A DNA stretch of 63,478 nt, counting the filler, from Octopus bimaculoides (lineage: Eukaryota), in NCBI RefSeq assembly GCF_001194135.2. It is 4 parts of 4 records of this genome, joined end to end, with 100 filler letters (N's around TTAATTAATTAA, not from the genome) between each part and the next. Parts side by side here need not be neighbours in the genome. Positions count along the whole stretch, not along the records: positions 1 to 30,452 come from NC_069006.1; 3 more parts are not named here. One strand, 5' to 3'. Positions 10,110 to 23,513 of the stretch are shown piece after piece. The notes under the pieces were generated by a model. It saw only the letters and a program-made list of their open reading frames with translations, was not told the origin of the DNA and searched no databases. The translations under genes were made by a program, and so were the position numbers. Positions within the stretch are counted from its first letter, which is position 1. Each line of letters opens with the position of its first letter.

Positions 10110-10730
10110 ATAACGCCTCAGTATTCAAGTTAATTTGTTCCTGGAGACTGCTTCTAAAGCAAAAACTCATAAAGCAGAACAATAATTTCCCATAGTAGCA
10201 ATGTTATAAATCGTAATTCGTTCCCAGGAAAATATTGTACCTATAGAATATATAATGCTCGTATATAAATGCCAATAAAACAACAGCAGAATATAAAGAA
10301 TATTTTATGTAAAATAAAAAGAATGTCAAAGATCATTTATAATAAAAAATATTATTATTATTATTCTAATTGTTTTCTGAATCACTTTCCCTCACATTAG
10401 ACTTGCACACACCATCACTTGTAGATGCAATCACTGATTCACAAGCACTCATAGACGGACTTGTAGATGTCTTTTTAAATAACAAGCCTAGAGTTGTTTG
10501 CTGAGAAGAAGCATTTTTCACTCTTTATAAATTTCTCTGTAATATACAGAATCATTGGTTATTTTTGCACTTCATTCAAAGTTTGGATCTAATGCTTGAA
10601 AAATAAAACTCGTAAACCCAGGGTTTGTAAAACAGGTCCTCGTNNNNNNNNNNATCTAATGCTTGAAAAATAAAACTCGTAAACCCAGGGTTTGTAAAAC
10701 AGGTCCTCATAAAGGGAGCCATTACTGTAT
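10110..10730 (-). mobile_element. Tigger/pogo-like DNA transposon remnant
   Basis: Minus strand encodes REIYKE*K..SSQQTTLGLLFKKTSTS, similar to the Tigger transposase C-terminal Y..IY.EKK...QT.L..FF motif; starts with a ta-cagta end near 10725. Confidence 0.5.
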
Positions 10731-12122
10731 ATCACAATACTAGATCAAGATGTTTTGGCATTGAGGATTGGTGCAACATGCATTATCTGTGTTTCACATC
10801 AATCCTCTTTTATTCCCATCTTTTATCCGTTACTTGTTTCAGTCATTGGACTGAGGCCATGCTGGGGCACCATCTTAATCAGTTTTAGTCAAACAACTCA
10901 ATCCCAGTACGTTTTTTTTTAAATTTTTATTTCCAGTACTTATTCTATCTTTTGCCAAACTGTTAAGTTATGGGGATGTAAACAAACCAGCACCGATTGT
11001 CATGCTGATGGGGACACACAAACAAAGACACATGCATACACACACTCACTCACACTCGCACACACATTCACACACACACACACACACATACATACAACAG
11101 CCTTCCACACAGTTTCCATCCTGGACTAGGCTGTGTGTTGTGTTCTTGTGCAAGATACTCTATTTCACATTGATCAGCTGTAGAAATGAGTTGTGACATC
11201 ACTGGTGCCAAGCTGTATCAGCCCCTTTGCCTTTCCCTTGGATAACATCAGTGATGTGGAGAGAAGGGAGGCTGGTATGGATGGGTAACTGCTGGTCTTC
11301 TACAAACAACCTTGCCTTGACTTGCGCCTCAGAGAGTAACTTTCTAGGTGCAATCCTATGGTCAGTCATGACTGAAGGGGGTTTTTACCCTTTACCCTAT
11401 TTAAGTGTTGACCATTGTAAGGAGAGATTTCCACTTGCCACTATATTCAAGTCCTGTTGAATTGTTATCCTCATCATCATCGTCGTTGTCATCATCATTT
11501 AACGTCCATTTTCCATGCTGGCATGGGTGGGACAGTTGGACAGGGTTCTAAATACCACAGAGCTGCATCACGCTTTAATGTCTGTTTTGACATGGTTTCT
11601 ACACCTGGATGCCCTTCCTAGTGCCAACTGCTTTACAGTGTGTACTGGACGCTTTGTTTTTCGTTGTTGTGACAGTGGCACTAGTGAGGTCCCCAAAGTA
11701 AAGAAAGGAAAAGGGAAAAGCCTCTTTGCATATTTAGAGGGTATTTGAGAGAGATGGCGGGGCTTTATGCCTGGTACTGAGGGCTAAAGTACAAGAGAGA
11801 CAAGCACCGGTGGTGGAATTTGTCTTCATTATTTTCCAGCAAAGAAGCCTTCACATGGTTGCTCAATCTGCTAGAAACAGTAGCTAAATCTCCCCTCTTG
11901 ACCCCCACCCCCACCATCACCATCACCTGTCCACCATCTTTTAATCATGACAAGATACATTAGATAATTAATGCAGTTTTTCATACACCTACCTAAAACG
12001 ATGGTTGTCTATGGCTCGTATACTTTTGTTGCTTTGCTCAAGGAGAACCGACGTGGGGTTAAACAGCAACAATTATTAGCTATTTATTAACAAACCATTC
12101 TTCCAGCTGCCAGTACACTATG

Positions 12123-12153
<31 letters not shown>

Positions 12154-12177
12154 TACACACAGTTATATATATATACC

Positions 12178-12295
12178 TCTCTCTTTCTCTCTTTCCCTCT
12201 CTTTCTCTCTTTCCCTCTCTTTCTCTCTTTCCCTCTCTTTCTCTCTTTCCCTCTCTTTCTCTCTTTCCCTCTCTTTCTCTCTTTCCCTCTCTTTC
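12178..12295. repeat. 18-bp minisatellite (ctctttctctctttccct) x~6
   Basis: Direct tandem repeat; gives the RKRGKE repeat in the ORF track. Confidence 0.9.
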
Positions 12296-12861
12296 TGTAT
12301 ATATATATATATATATATGTATATATAATGTTTATATATATGTATGTATTTAATGTTAATATTCTAAAAGCCAAATCAGAAGATATAATGGGAAACAATA
12401 AACACATGTATGTTGAAATATTGACTCTTGGCACAACTTCGTGTTTGGAAACCCACGCAAAAATGTACCCAGTCTTTCGATTTGCATTATATAAACTATT
12501 GTTAAATGTGATAAAAATTGAATCTTTTTTTTTGTGTTTTCTTTTTGCTGTTTTGCAGTATTAATGATAGCTGTTCTCATTGGAATGTACGTAAGAGATC
12601 ATAAACAACAACAGGTGCTACTGATGTGTGCATTGATTCTGTATGTTTGTTTATGAATATGTGCCGTGTGTGTGTGTGTTACTTTTATCTCTGCTCTTTC
12701 AGAATGACATTGTTTAAACTCATATAAAATGTACCAAAATCGTTATTTATATTCTCTGCCTCGTTGTTTTTAGTTGGCTACTGTCGTCTGTTTATTTATT
12801 TATTCTCTTTTGATTTTTTTCTCTTTTCATTACTTCTACTACAATGCATAATAATAATAAT

Positions 12862-13515
12862 AATAATGGTTTCAAATTTTGGTACAGGGCCAGGAATTCT
12901 AAGTGGAAGGGGATAATCGATGGCATCGACCCCTAGTGCTTGACTAGTACTTTATTTAATGAACCCCAAAAGGATGGAAAGAACAGTTGATCTCAGCATG
13001 ATTTGAACTTGGGATGTAAAGAGCTGGAAAAAAATTTCAAAAAAGCATTTTTTCCAATGCTCTAATGTTTCTGCCAGCTCCCTGCTTTATAATAATGGTT
13101 TCAAATTTTAGCACAAGGCCAGCAAGTTCAGAGTAGGGGCTAAGCCAATTACATCAACCCCAGGGCTCAACTGGTACTTATTTTATTGACCCCACTAAAG
13201 GATGAAAAGCAAAGTTGACCTCAGCAGAATTTGAACCCAGAACGTAAAGACAGATGAATTTTGCCTGATGTGCTAACGATTCTACTGGCTCATTACCTTT
13301 CCCTGCTTCAGATTTTAATATAAGGCCCATAATTTTAGGTGAAGTGAGTAGTCAATTATATAGATCTCACTACTTGACTCGTACTTTATTTTATTGACCC
13401 CTAAAAAGATAAAAAGCAAAGTTGCCCACAATGGGATTTGAACTCAGAACATAAAGCACGAGAAAAAATAGCATTAAGTATTTTGTTTGATGGATTAATG
13501 ATTCTGCCCAACCCC
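12862..13515 (-). mobile_element. Three head-to-tail SINE family B copies
   Basis: Repeated units ggtttcaaatttt...gaccccaaaaggat...gaactcagaa...ctgccagctc at about 12865, 13095 and 13305. Confidence 0.7.
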
Positions 13516-13723
13516 AGTCCTTCACTAGTACTTTATTTTACCATACAGCCATGCCTGCATCTGTTATTACCGTATATACTTGGCTCACGTTCGTAAGGTT
13601 GTGAGTTCAGTACCCAGCAGTGTATTGTTTCCTTGAGCAAGATACTTTATTTCACATTGCCTCAGTCCACACGCACACACACACACACACACATGCACAC
13701 ATGCACACACACACACACGCACG

Positions 13724-13755
<32 letters not shown>

Positions 13756-14925
13756 CACACACGCGCGCGCGCACACACACAAAACAGGCTACCACATAGT
13801 TTCTGTCTAGCAAATTCACTCACAAGGTGTGATACATGTGGGACTGAACCTGAAATCACATGATTCAAAAGTGGCAAGCTTGAAGAATTGTTGGAGGATC
13901 GCCAAAAATTCTTTTCCATCTTCGCTCCATCTCTGTTTACAGTCTGAGTTCAAACCCCACTAAGGTCAACTAAGCCTTTCATACATTTGGGATGGAAAAA
14001 ATAAAGTGGCAACCAAGTACTGAGATTGATACTATTGGCTCACCCGGCCCTCTTGTGCCCCATGCCCCTCCCCTCAAAACTACTGGCCTTATTTCAGACA
14101 TTCTTAAATCAGACCTATGCATCTCCAACACTTGTTTACTTTCACACTCATCTTTTTTACTCTTCTCGCTCAACCCTGGACCTACATTTCTTTTTTATTT
14201 CTTTATTTTTCATTTAACATTCATCATTAATTAATGGTTTTAACATGTTTAATTATATCTCACCCATTTCATTCTTCTTCTTCTCCTTCACCTTCTCCTC
14301 CTCCTCCTCTTCTTCTTCTTCTTCTTTTTCTTCTATTTCTGTTAACCTTTGTATGTGGTCTGATTATGTTACCACACTTGAAGAATAGTAACACACAATC
14401 CACCCTCGTCGCCCTCCTCCAGCATCTGTTTCTATTGTTTACATAGAAACTATGACGACTCCTTTTCTAGATTTTTTTTTCCCCCCGTCTCTTTCCCAAT
14501 CCGTTAACTTCTTCAACACCAATCCACAACATTTCGACATTTAGCTCTAACAATATTTCCTACCATCAGTTTATAAATGCAGATACCCGAAGCTTTCACA
14601 GCTCTCCACCGAAAATGACAATTAAAATATCCTTGTTTTGCACTGTTTATCTCTTATTTGTTTCAGTCTGTGGCCATGCTGGGGCACCACCTTGAAATGT
14701 TTTAGTCAAACAAATCAGCCCTAGTGCTTATGTTGTTGTTTTTTTAAAGTCTAGTACTTATTCTATCAGTCTCTTTTGCTGAGCCACTAGGTTATATAAA
14801 TGTAAACAGACCATGTGACAACTATATGTGTGTTTATTTTGGAAAGCATTTCAATACATAAAGTTGGTTATATTCAGAATTACACACACACACACTCTCT
14901 CTCTGTCTCTCTCTGTCTCTCTCTG

Positions 14926-14991
<66 letters not shown>

Positions 14992-15640
14992 ACTTTGGAG
15001 ATTTGGCTACTATATCTAGCAGGCTGAGTGACCACATAGAAATTTTATCTCCCTATCTCCCTTAAATCATACTCTAAAGTCCTAAAAAATAAAGGAAGGA
15101 GACATTGGATAATGTAGTCCCTGATGCACTCTGTTTGAAATAAAGACAGGAAGGTCATGATTGTAACATGTTTGATCATAGGTCTACTCAACTAGGACTG
15201 ACCTGGGGCTAAACTACAACAACTGATTAGGCCACAGATTCTACTTTTATTTCTGTGTTGAGTGGATTGTGGAGAAAAGCCCATCCACCTGCATAAACAA
15301 TCACTCTAGTAAAGACATCCAGGGTGGGATGTAAGATAGGTATAGAATATCCTCTGTGTGTGTGAATGAGAGATTGAGTGTGTGTGTGTGTGTATGCATG
15401 AGAAACAATGTGTGTATGAGAGCAAGTGTATGTGTGTGTGCATGTGTGCACACATGCATGCGAGTGTGTATGTGTGCATGCATGCGAGTGTGTATGTGTG
15501 TTTGTGTGTGTGTGAAAGAGAGAGAGAAGGTGGGGGTATTAATGTTTAAAGGCATTGGATAAGAATTCTTTGGATGTCATGTTCCAGAACAAATAAGCAC
15601 CAAATTTGTTAAGGTTATTTTGGTCATTACACTTGTTTAC

Positions 15641-15670
15641 CTGTTACCATGTTTAGGAAACAACTTTCAG
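15641..15670 (-). CDS. Candidate 30-nt coding micro-exon (phase 1 to 1; TESCFLNMVT)
   Basis: ccttgggtcctttatag|CTGAAAGTTGTTTCCTAAACATGGTAACAG|gtaaac; the other two frames contain stops. Confidence 0.65.
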
Positions 15671-16903
15671 CTATAAAGGACCCAAGGTTATCATCAAAAA
15701 CTCTTGAATGCTTTCCGACTGTTTTGAGAACTTTTTTTTTACTTAAACTACATGAGATTTCTTATCAACAGAAAGATAGAATTACTTTAAGAATAAGGGA
15801 TATCTCGTAATGCCATGTGTGACTGTGTGGAAAGAAGCTTGCTTCCCAACCATATGGTTCCAGGTTCAGTTCCACTGCATGACATCTTGAGCAAGTGTCT
15901 TCTACTATAGCCCCTGAGTCAACCAAAACTTTATGAGTAAATATGGTAGACAGAAACTGAAAGAAGCCTGTCGTACATGTGTGTGTGTATGTGTATCATC
16001 GTCCTCATTTAATATCCGTTGTCCATGCTGGCATGGGTTGGATGGTTTGACTGGGCTGGCACACTGGAAGGCTGCACCTGGCTCCAGTTTGATTTGGCAT
16101 AGTTTCTATGGCTAGTTGCCCTTCCTAATGCCAACCACTCCGAGAGTGTAATGGTTGCTTTCACATATCACTGGCACAGGTGCCATCTGCATGACACCAG
16201 TATCTGCCACGACTGCAATTTTGCTCTGCTTGATGAGTCTTCCTCTCAAGCACAACATAATGCCAAAGATCTCAGTCATTGCCTCTGTACACATATGTTT
16301 GTGTTTGTCCCTACCACACTGCTTGACAATTAGTGTTGATCTGTTTACGTCACCATAACTTAGCAGTTTGGTAAAATGAGACCAATGAAATAAGTACCAG
16401 ACCTAAAAACCTAAGAACCAGGGTCAATTTGTTTGACTAAACAGTTCAAGGTAGTGCCCCAGCATGGCCACAGTCCAGTGACTGAAACAAATAAAAGATT
16501 CATTGTTAATTCCATTTTCATTTATTCCGTCAGTGCAATTCACTGGAACCACAAGCTTCCATTTTCTAGAATTAATCTTCAGTTGTATTTTAGACTGGTT
16601 GTAAATGTTATGTCTGTTTTGTTTAAAAGATATTACAAGAAAACATTTCCAATTATTGGAAATCTTAGTTTTTTTTGTCTTTATTTAATAGCATTGGTAA
16701 ATACGAATTCATCTCCCTGGAATTATGGTGAAGCTTCTTATTAACATGGTCTCTTTATGTATGTGTGTGCACGCAAGTTATAAATTTCATCCCTTTCTTA
16801 CCATAATTCTGTTGTTGATTTCTTCATTTCTTGCGTTCTCAATCCCTAATGTTGTTGCAAGGTGTTATCATCATATCATTTCTTGGGCGATTTAAACTGG
16901 TTG

Positions 16904-16939
<36 letters not shown>

Positions 16940-17418
16940 TTTCTATAGAGAAAGAGAAGAACTGGTTTCAGAACTGGATTGGTCTTGAAAGGGTGAGAAG
17001 CAAGGTTGACTTTAGCAGCTCAGGCGCAAGCCACAGCGATCCATAGTACATACTGCAAGGCATTCTGCTTGCTGCTTTAGCAATTCTACTGTCCCATCAT
17101 GGTCAAACAGATTAATAATGGTTTCAAATTTGGACATGAGACCAGCAGTTTTTGAACGGGGGAAAGAAGTATATTGCATTGATCCCAGTATTTTACTGGT
17201 ATGTATTTTAGTTGTGGCAGATACCGGTGTCATGCAAATGGCACCCGTGCTGGTGGCATGTAAAAGCACCCATCACACTCTTGGAGTGATTGGCCTTAGG
17301 AAGGGCATCCAGCCATAGAAAAACCCTGCCAAATCAGACTGGGGTCTGGTGCAGCCTTCCAGCTTACCAGCTATGGTCAAACCAACCAACCCATGCCAAC
17401 ATGGACAATGGACATTAA

Positions 17419-17455
<37 letters not shown>

Positions 17456-17698
17456 CTGTTTTTTCAATTAGTTCTGACAGTAAAGCGGCAAACTGGCAGA
17501 ATCATCAGTGAGTTGGACAAACTAATTAGCAGTATGTCTTACTGAGTTCAAATCCTGCTGAGGTCAACTTGCCTTTCATCCTTTCAGGATCAAGAAAATA
17601 AAATACCAGTCAAGTACTGGAATCAATGGAATCAATTTGCCTCCTCCGCCTCTCAAAATTGCTGGCCTTGTGCCAAAATTAGAAAGAATTTTGACAGT

Positions 17699-17844
17699 TG
17701 CCATGTGGTAAGAAACTTGCTTCCCAACCACATGGTTCTGGGTTCAGTCCCACTGTGTGGCACCTTGGGAAGTGTCTTCTACTATAGCCTTGGGTCAACC
17801 AAAGCCTTGTGAGTGGGTTTGGTAGACAGAAACTGGAAGAAGCC

Positions 17845-17891
<47 letters not shown>

Positions 17892-18100
17892 TGTGTGTGT
17901 GTGTATGTCTGTGTTTGTCCTCCACCATTGCTTGGCAACCAATTTTAGTGTGTTTACGCCCCGTAACTTAGCAGTCTGGCAAAAAGAGATTGATAGAAAA
18001 AGTACTAGGCTTACAAAGAATAAGTCCTGTGGTCAATTTGTTTGACTAAAGGTGGTGCTCCAGCATGGCCGCAGTCAAGATGACTGAAACAAGTAAAAGA
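17699..18100 (+). mobile_element. SINE family A, near full length
   Basis: Colinear with 6322-6770, including the internal (TA)n/(TG)n tract. Confidence 0.85.
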
Positions 18101-18362
18101 ATGAAAAAAAAATATAGTGAAATAACGATAATTACTGAGCTGATATTTGGGACATAAATGAACATGAGATTTTAAAGGAAGGTTCTAATTTAGATCACTT
18201 TAAAACTTTTGTTACCATATTTTTGTTGAAATATATTCCTTTGTGTCAATTAATTTTTTTGAATAATTAAGAATTTAGTAATATAACTTAGTTGATATTA
18301 AGCTGGTGTTTGAAACATAAATTAACATGGAATTTTGATGGATGGTTTTAATTTAGATCACT

Positions 18363-19040
18363 TTAACCCTTCTGTTTCTATATTTCTTTTAATGTACCCT
18401 GTTGTTCAGGAGGCGAGCTGGCAGAAACGTTTACACGCCAGGTGAAATGCTTAGTGGTATTTCATCTGTCTTTATGTTCTGAGTTCAAATTCCGCCAAGG
18501 TCAGCTTTGCCTTTCATCTTTTCGGAGTCAATAAATTAAGTACCAGTTGCATACTGGAGTCAATCTAATCGACTGCCCCCTACCACTCTCCAAAAATTTT
18601 GGGTCTTGTGCCTAGAGTAGAGAAGAATATTAAGGCAGCAAGATGGCAGAAACATTAGCATGCTGGGCGAAATGCTTAGTGGTATTTCGTCTATCGTTAC
18701 ATACTGAGTTCAAATTCCGCTGAGGTCAACTTTGTCTGTCATCCTTTCAGGCTAGATAAATTAAGTAGCAGTTGCGTACTGGGGTTGATGTAACTGACTG
18801 GCCCCCTACCCCAAAATTTCGGGCCTTGTGCCTAGAGTAGAAAAGAATATACCCTGCTGTTGTTTCAATTAATTTTGGAAATACAGAAGACTTTAGTAAA
18901 ATATAAGTGTAATTATTGAACATAGATTTCGAACATAAATTAACATTGAAATTTTGAAGGAAGATTTAATTTAAATCCCTTTCAATCATAAAATTTGTGT
19001 CTTAGAGCCAAAGGTGGTCTCAGATATTAATAAAGTAATT
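18363..19040. mobile_element. TTAACCC-type MITE interrupted by two tandem SINE family B copies (18408-18845)
   Basis: Starts ttaacccttctgtttcta; the MITE body resumes after the SINEs with duplicated taccctg(t/c)tgtt. Confidence 0.6.
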
Positions 19041-19150
19041 TAAGATCATCTGGCGTTACTTCTGGATGTTTTATTTCACTTCAAGCTCATCATGGGAGTA
19101 AAGATAAGAGAATATTTAAGCTTTATGTAGCAGTCAGATCGTTAACAAAC

Positions 19151-19191
19151 TCTCGGGGTGTGGGTGGGATGAAATGAGTAGATATTCATAC
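19151..19191 (-). CDS. Candidate 41-nt coding exon (phase 2 to 1; KYEYLLISSHPHPE)
   Basis: catttctctgatttaag|GTATGAATATCTACTCATTTCATCCCACCCACACCCCGAGA|gtttgt. Phase bridges exons 22744-22792 and 15641-15670 exactly; donor is suboptimal. Confidence 0.55.
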
Positions 19192-19659
19192 CTTAAATCA
19201 GAGAAATGTTTAGTTAAGGGAGATATTTAGTTAAGAGAGTTGTTTAGTTAAGAGAGATGTGTAGCTAACTCTATTGGTTATGAAATGATTGAAATATGAG
19301 ATGCATTTTTTTTCTTTTTGTCTCTTTTTTTGTGTCTGGGGAGCTGCACCAGATTCCAATCTCATTTGGGATGGTTCCCTACTGCTGGATATCCTTCACT
19401 ACTGCTGGATGCCAGTACTGCCTGACTGGCCTCATGCCAGTGGCACATACAAGCACTCACTACACTCTCGGAGTGGTTGGCGCTAGGAAGGGCATCCAGC
19501 CGTAGAAACTTTGCCAGATCACATTGGAGCCTGGTGCAGTCTTCTGGCTTGCCAGTCCTCAACTGTCCAACCCATGCTAGCATGGAAAGCAGACGTTAAA
19601 CAACGACGATGATGATGATGATAATGATGATAATGATATATATATATATATTGTTGGTT

Positions 19660-20040
19660 GTTGGCACTCCGTCCTTACGATGTTGAAGGTTCCAGTTGAT
19701 CCGATCAACGGAACAGCCTGCTCGTGAAATTAACATGCAAGTGGCTGAGCACTCCACAGACATGTGTACCCTTAACGTAGTTCTCGGGGATATTCAGCAT
19801 GACACAGTTTGACAAGGCTGACCCTTTGAATTACAGGTACAACAGTAACAGGAAGAAAGTGTGAGAGAAAGTTGTGGTGAAAGAGTACAGCAGGGTTCGC
19901 CACCATCCCCTGCCGGAGCCTCGTGGAGCTTTAGGTGTTTTGGCTCAAAAAACACTCACAACGGTCGGTCTGGGAATCGAAACCGCGATCCTATGACCAC
20001 GAGTCTGCTGCCCTAACCACTGGGCCATTGCGCCTCCATA
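19660..20040 (-). mobile_element. SINE family C, full length
   Basis: Reverse complement of 47919-48300. Confidence 0.85.
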
Positions 20041-20317
20041 TATATATATATATATATATANNNNNNNNNNNNNNNNNNNNNNNNNNNNNNNNNNNNNNNN
20101 NNNNNNNNNNNNNNNNNNNNNNNNNNNNNNNNNNNNNNNNNNNNNNNNNNNNNNNNNNNNNNNNNNNNNNNNNNNNNNNNNNNNNNNNNNNNNNNNNNNN
20201 NNNNNNNNNNNNNNNNNNNNNNNNNNNNNNNNNNNNNNNNNNNNNNNNNNNNNNNNNNNNNNNNNNNNNNNNNNNNNNNNNNNNNNNNNNNNNNNNNNNN
20301 NNNNNNNNNNNNNNNNN

Positions 20318-20372
<55 letters not shown>

Positions 20373-21098
20373 ATTTCACTTTTCTCTTTCTTATCCTCTT
20401 TCAATGTTATGCTTTACAGTGTCGGATTTAGAAAATCCACAGTAACTGGGGCTGGATGAGTTGTGTGTAATCCGTGCATTCTGTTAGATGTGCATGTTAT
20501 CTTGCAAGATAGGTTAAGTGCAGCTAAGATTTAGCGGCAGCTAGGGTATCAAATTTATTGATAGTGATGTGACGGAGATGTAGCCACATGGGTGTGGATA
20601 TTGAAAGGAACATATTCTGCATACTAAGTGCAAAAGTGCTGTGCAGCGATGGGGATGGTGATGGTGGAAAGCATTGGTGGTAAATTTAGTTAAATGAATG
20701 AAAAACATGAGATTCAGAGTCAACTAGAGAGTCTGGTGTACAGATTCATACAAACATTCCAGCACTGGAGATGTGTTAAAATAATGAGGAGTGTGTGTGT
20801 TTGTGTCTTTGTGTGTATGTGTATCTGTGTGTGTATGTGTATCTGTGTTTGTGTGTCTGTGTGTGTGCATGTGTGTGTTTGTGTGTACGTCTGAGTGTGT
20901 GCGCGCGCGAGCGTGTGTGTGTGTAAACATGTGTATGTATAAGTATATGTGTATGTATATATATGTATGTATGTATATATGTATGTAGATGTATATATGT
21001 ATGTATGTATATATCTATGTAGATGTATATATGTATATATATATGTGTGTATATATATGTATGTATGTATGTGTGTATATAAATATATATATATATGT

Positions 21099-21148
<50 letters not shown>

Positions 21149-21149
21149 C

Positions 21150-21380
21150 TGTTAAGTTTCAATTTCACTACCTCCTGTGCTCTTGTGCACATCAGGGGCA
21201 GCAAGCTGACGCCACTGGTTTCTTTTGGCTGTGGATTTCTCTGCATCCAGTCATGTGATATTTTGGCCTCCCTCAAATCAGTTATGAATGTTCTGCACCT
21301 TGAAGTTATGCAGTTTCTAGTCTTCCTCTTTTTCCTTTTTCCCTCCAACGGTAACCATCAGGAAGCTGTTTTTAGAATGC
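21150..21380 (-). mobile_element. LINE (RTE-like) extreme 3' end fragment
   Basis: Minus strand reads GKGKRGR...[13 protein letters not shown]...KRNQWRQL across frameshifts, similar to the G.R.RGRP..W...A.DR..WR tail of RTE ORFs. Confidence 0.45.
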
Positions 21381-21811
21381 CGTCGTTTATAATTAAAACA
21401 CATAATTTGAAACACATCAAAATAAACATAAAAATTCTTTTGTTGTTGATAAATTATGCTGAAGGCTCTTTCAAGACATTTTCAAATATGCAAGAGCTTT
21501 AATCCAAAGTCTCAGTTTCAAATTCTAGATGTTGAAATGACCACTTGTTAAAATTGTACTTATTACTTGTTTCGGTCATTGGATGCAGCCATGCTCAGGC
21601 ACTACCTCGAAGAGTTTCAGTCAAACAAATTAACTGTAGCACTTACGTTTCTTTTACATCTGGTATTTATTTTATCAGTCTTTTTTTACTGAACTGCTGA
21701 GTCCAGCAAAAGAAACAGCATAGTCCTGTCCAGAAGCGTAGTTCTGCAAACATGAACAAACCCACACTGGTTGTCCTGCAGTGAGGGATGTGACAAACAT
21801 AGAAACACACA

Positions 21812-21853
<42 letters not shown>

Positions 21854-22270
21854 ATGTCATAGGAATTTAGAAACTTCGGTAGAACATGAAATATTTCTTT
21901 TTTAGGTTGGTTTAACTTGAATCAGGTAAAACTACAAACAATAGAATGTAAATATTGGGTTAAAATAAACCCTTTCCCTAAAAACCCTTTCCCCCCCCAA
22001 AATAGTGTTTCATATTCTTTTATTTGTTTCGGTCATCTGACTGTGGTGGCCATGCTGGAGCACCACCTTTAGTCAAACAAATCGACCCCAGAACTTATTC
22101 TTTGTAAGCCTAGTACTTATTCTATTGGTCTCTTTTTGCCGAATCGCTAGGTGATAGGGATGTAACTACACCAGCATCGGTTCTCAAGTGATGGTGGAGG
22201 GACAAACACAGACACAAATAACAGATACATCCATGTATATATATACACACACACATATATATATATATAC

Positions 22271-22310
<40 letters not shown>

Positions 22311-22473
22311 GATGGGCTTCTTTCAGTTTCCATCTACCAAATCCACTCACAACACTTTGATTGGCCCGAGGCNNNNNNNNNNNNNNNNNNNNNNNNNNNN
22401 NNNNNNNNNNNNNNNNNNNNNNNNNNNNNNNNNNNNNNNNNNNNNNNNNNNNNNNNNNNNNNNNNNNNNNNNN

Positions 22474-22506
<33 letters not shown>

Positions 22507-22743
22507 ATGTGTGCACGTGTAATGTATGTGTATATTTATATATATACATACATATACATGATATGTTTATGTACATATGTGTGTGTGTGTATGTATGTAT
22601 GTATGTATGTATGTATGTAGGTAGGTAGGTAGATACTCCTGTCCAAATGTAAAATTAGTCCCCAGAAGGTCTTTACAGCTGTTTCATATAATGATCAAAA
22701 AGAAATGGTTTCATTATCTAAGAATTTAGAAAGATTCACTCAC

Positions 22744-22792
22744 TTCAAAGCATCCAGCCCCAGCCACTCCTCCCCACTGCCAATATTAGAAG
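22744..22792 (-). CDS. Candidate 49-nt coding exon (phase 1 to 2; ASNIGSGEEWLGLDAL)
   Basis: taattgactttcag|CTTCTAATATTGGCAGTGGGGAGGAGTGGCTGGGGCTGGATGCTTTGAA|gtgagt; consensus donor, single open frame. Confidence 0.7.
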
Positions 22793-23326
22793 CTGAAAGT
22801 CAATTATTCAAATTATTCAAAAGTGGAAAACTGGCAGAATCTAAAGGACATTGTAAAAAATGCTCTTTAGTTTCTGAAGGGGCATAAACAAACCAACACT
22901 GATTGTCAAGTGGTAGTGGAAGTCAAACAAAAAAACACACACTCACATACATGCATAAATACATACAAGTGTGTGTGTGTGTGTGTATTATTTTGCTTAG
23001 ACATAGCAATACTAACAAGCTGGTGTTAGGACTCAAGATACATATGCTTCAGAGAAAAGTATCAGCAGTGTACAGAGCAGTAATGAGAAATTAAGATTAC
23101 AAGGGAGTAAGATATTAAAATGTGAACTTCATTAGCTTACTGATGTTTCTGTTATAAGATGCAGTTGAATGCTTGTGTATCGCCTTAGAGCTTCATCAGA
23201 GCTTCATCAGAGCTTCATACAACTCAATTATGAATGCATTGCACCTTATAGCAGAAACAGCAGTAAGCTCTAATATCTATATTTATCTCTCTCTCTTCCC
23301 CTCTTTCTCTCTCTCTCTTTCTCTCC

Positions 23327-23367
<41 letters not shown>

Positions 23368-23457
23368 GATTATATATAGAGATATAAAGATATATAGATA
23401 TACATGTATGTATGTGTATATGTGTGTGTTTATGTGTGAGTGTGTGTATGCATGTAT

Positions 23458-23513
<56 letters not shown>

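Noticed and set aside
10595-10710. Direct repeat of ~50 bp either side of a 10-N gap
   Set aside because: Typical unmerged contig-overlap artefact.
14230-14360. Glu/Lys-rich frame on the minus strand as a terminal exon
   Set aside because: Derived from a CTT/CCT low-complexity tract with no convincing acceptor.
17010-17100. SLWLAPELLK on the minus strand, similar to the guanylyl-cyclase/kinase LWTAPELL motif
   Set aside because: No usable splice sites, stops on both sides and no other kinase motifs.
22744-22792. GEEWLGL similar to the fibrinogen-domain GEFWLGL motif
   Set aside because: The neighbouring in-frame exons show no fibrinogen-domain motifs, so no gene name was assigned.
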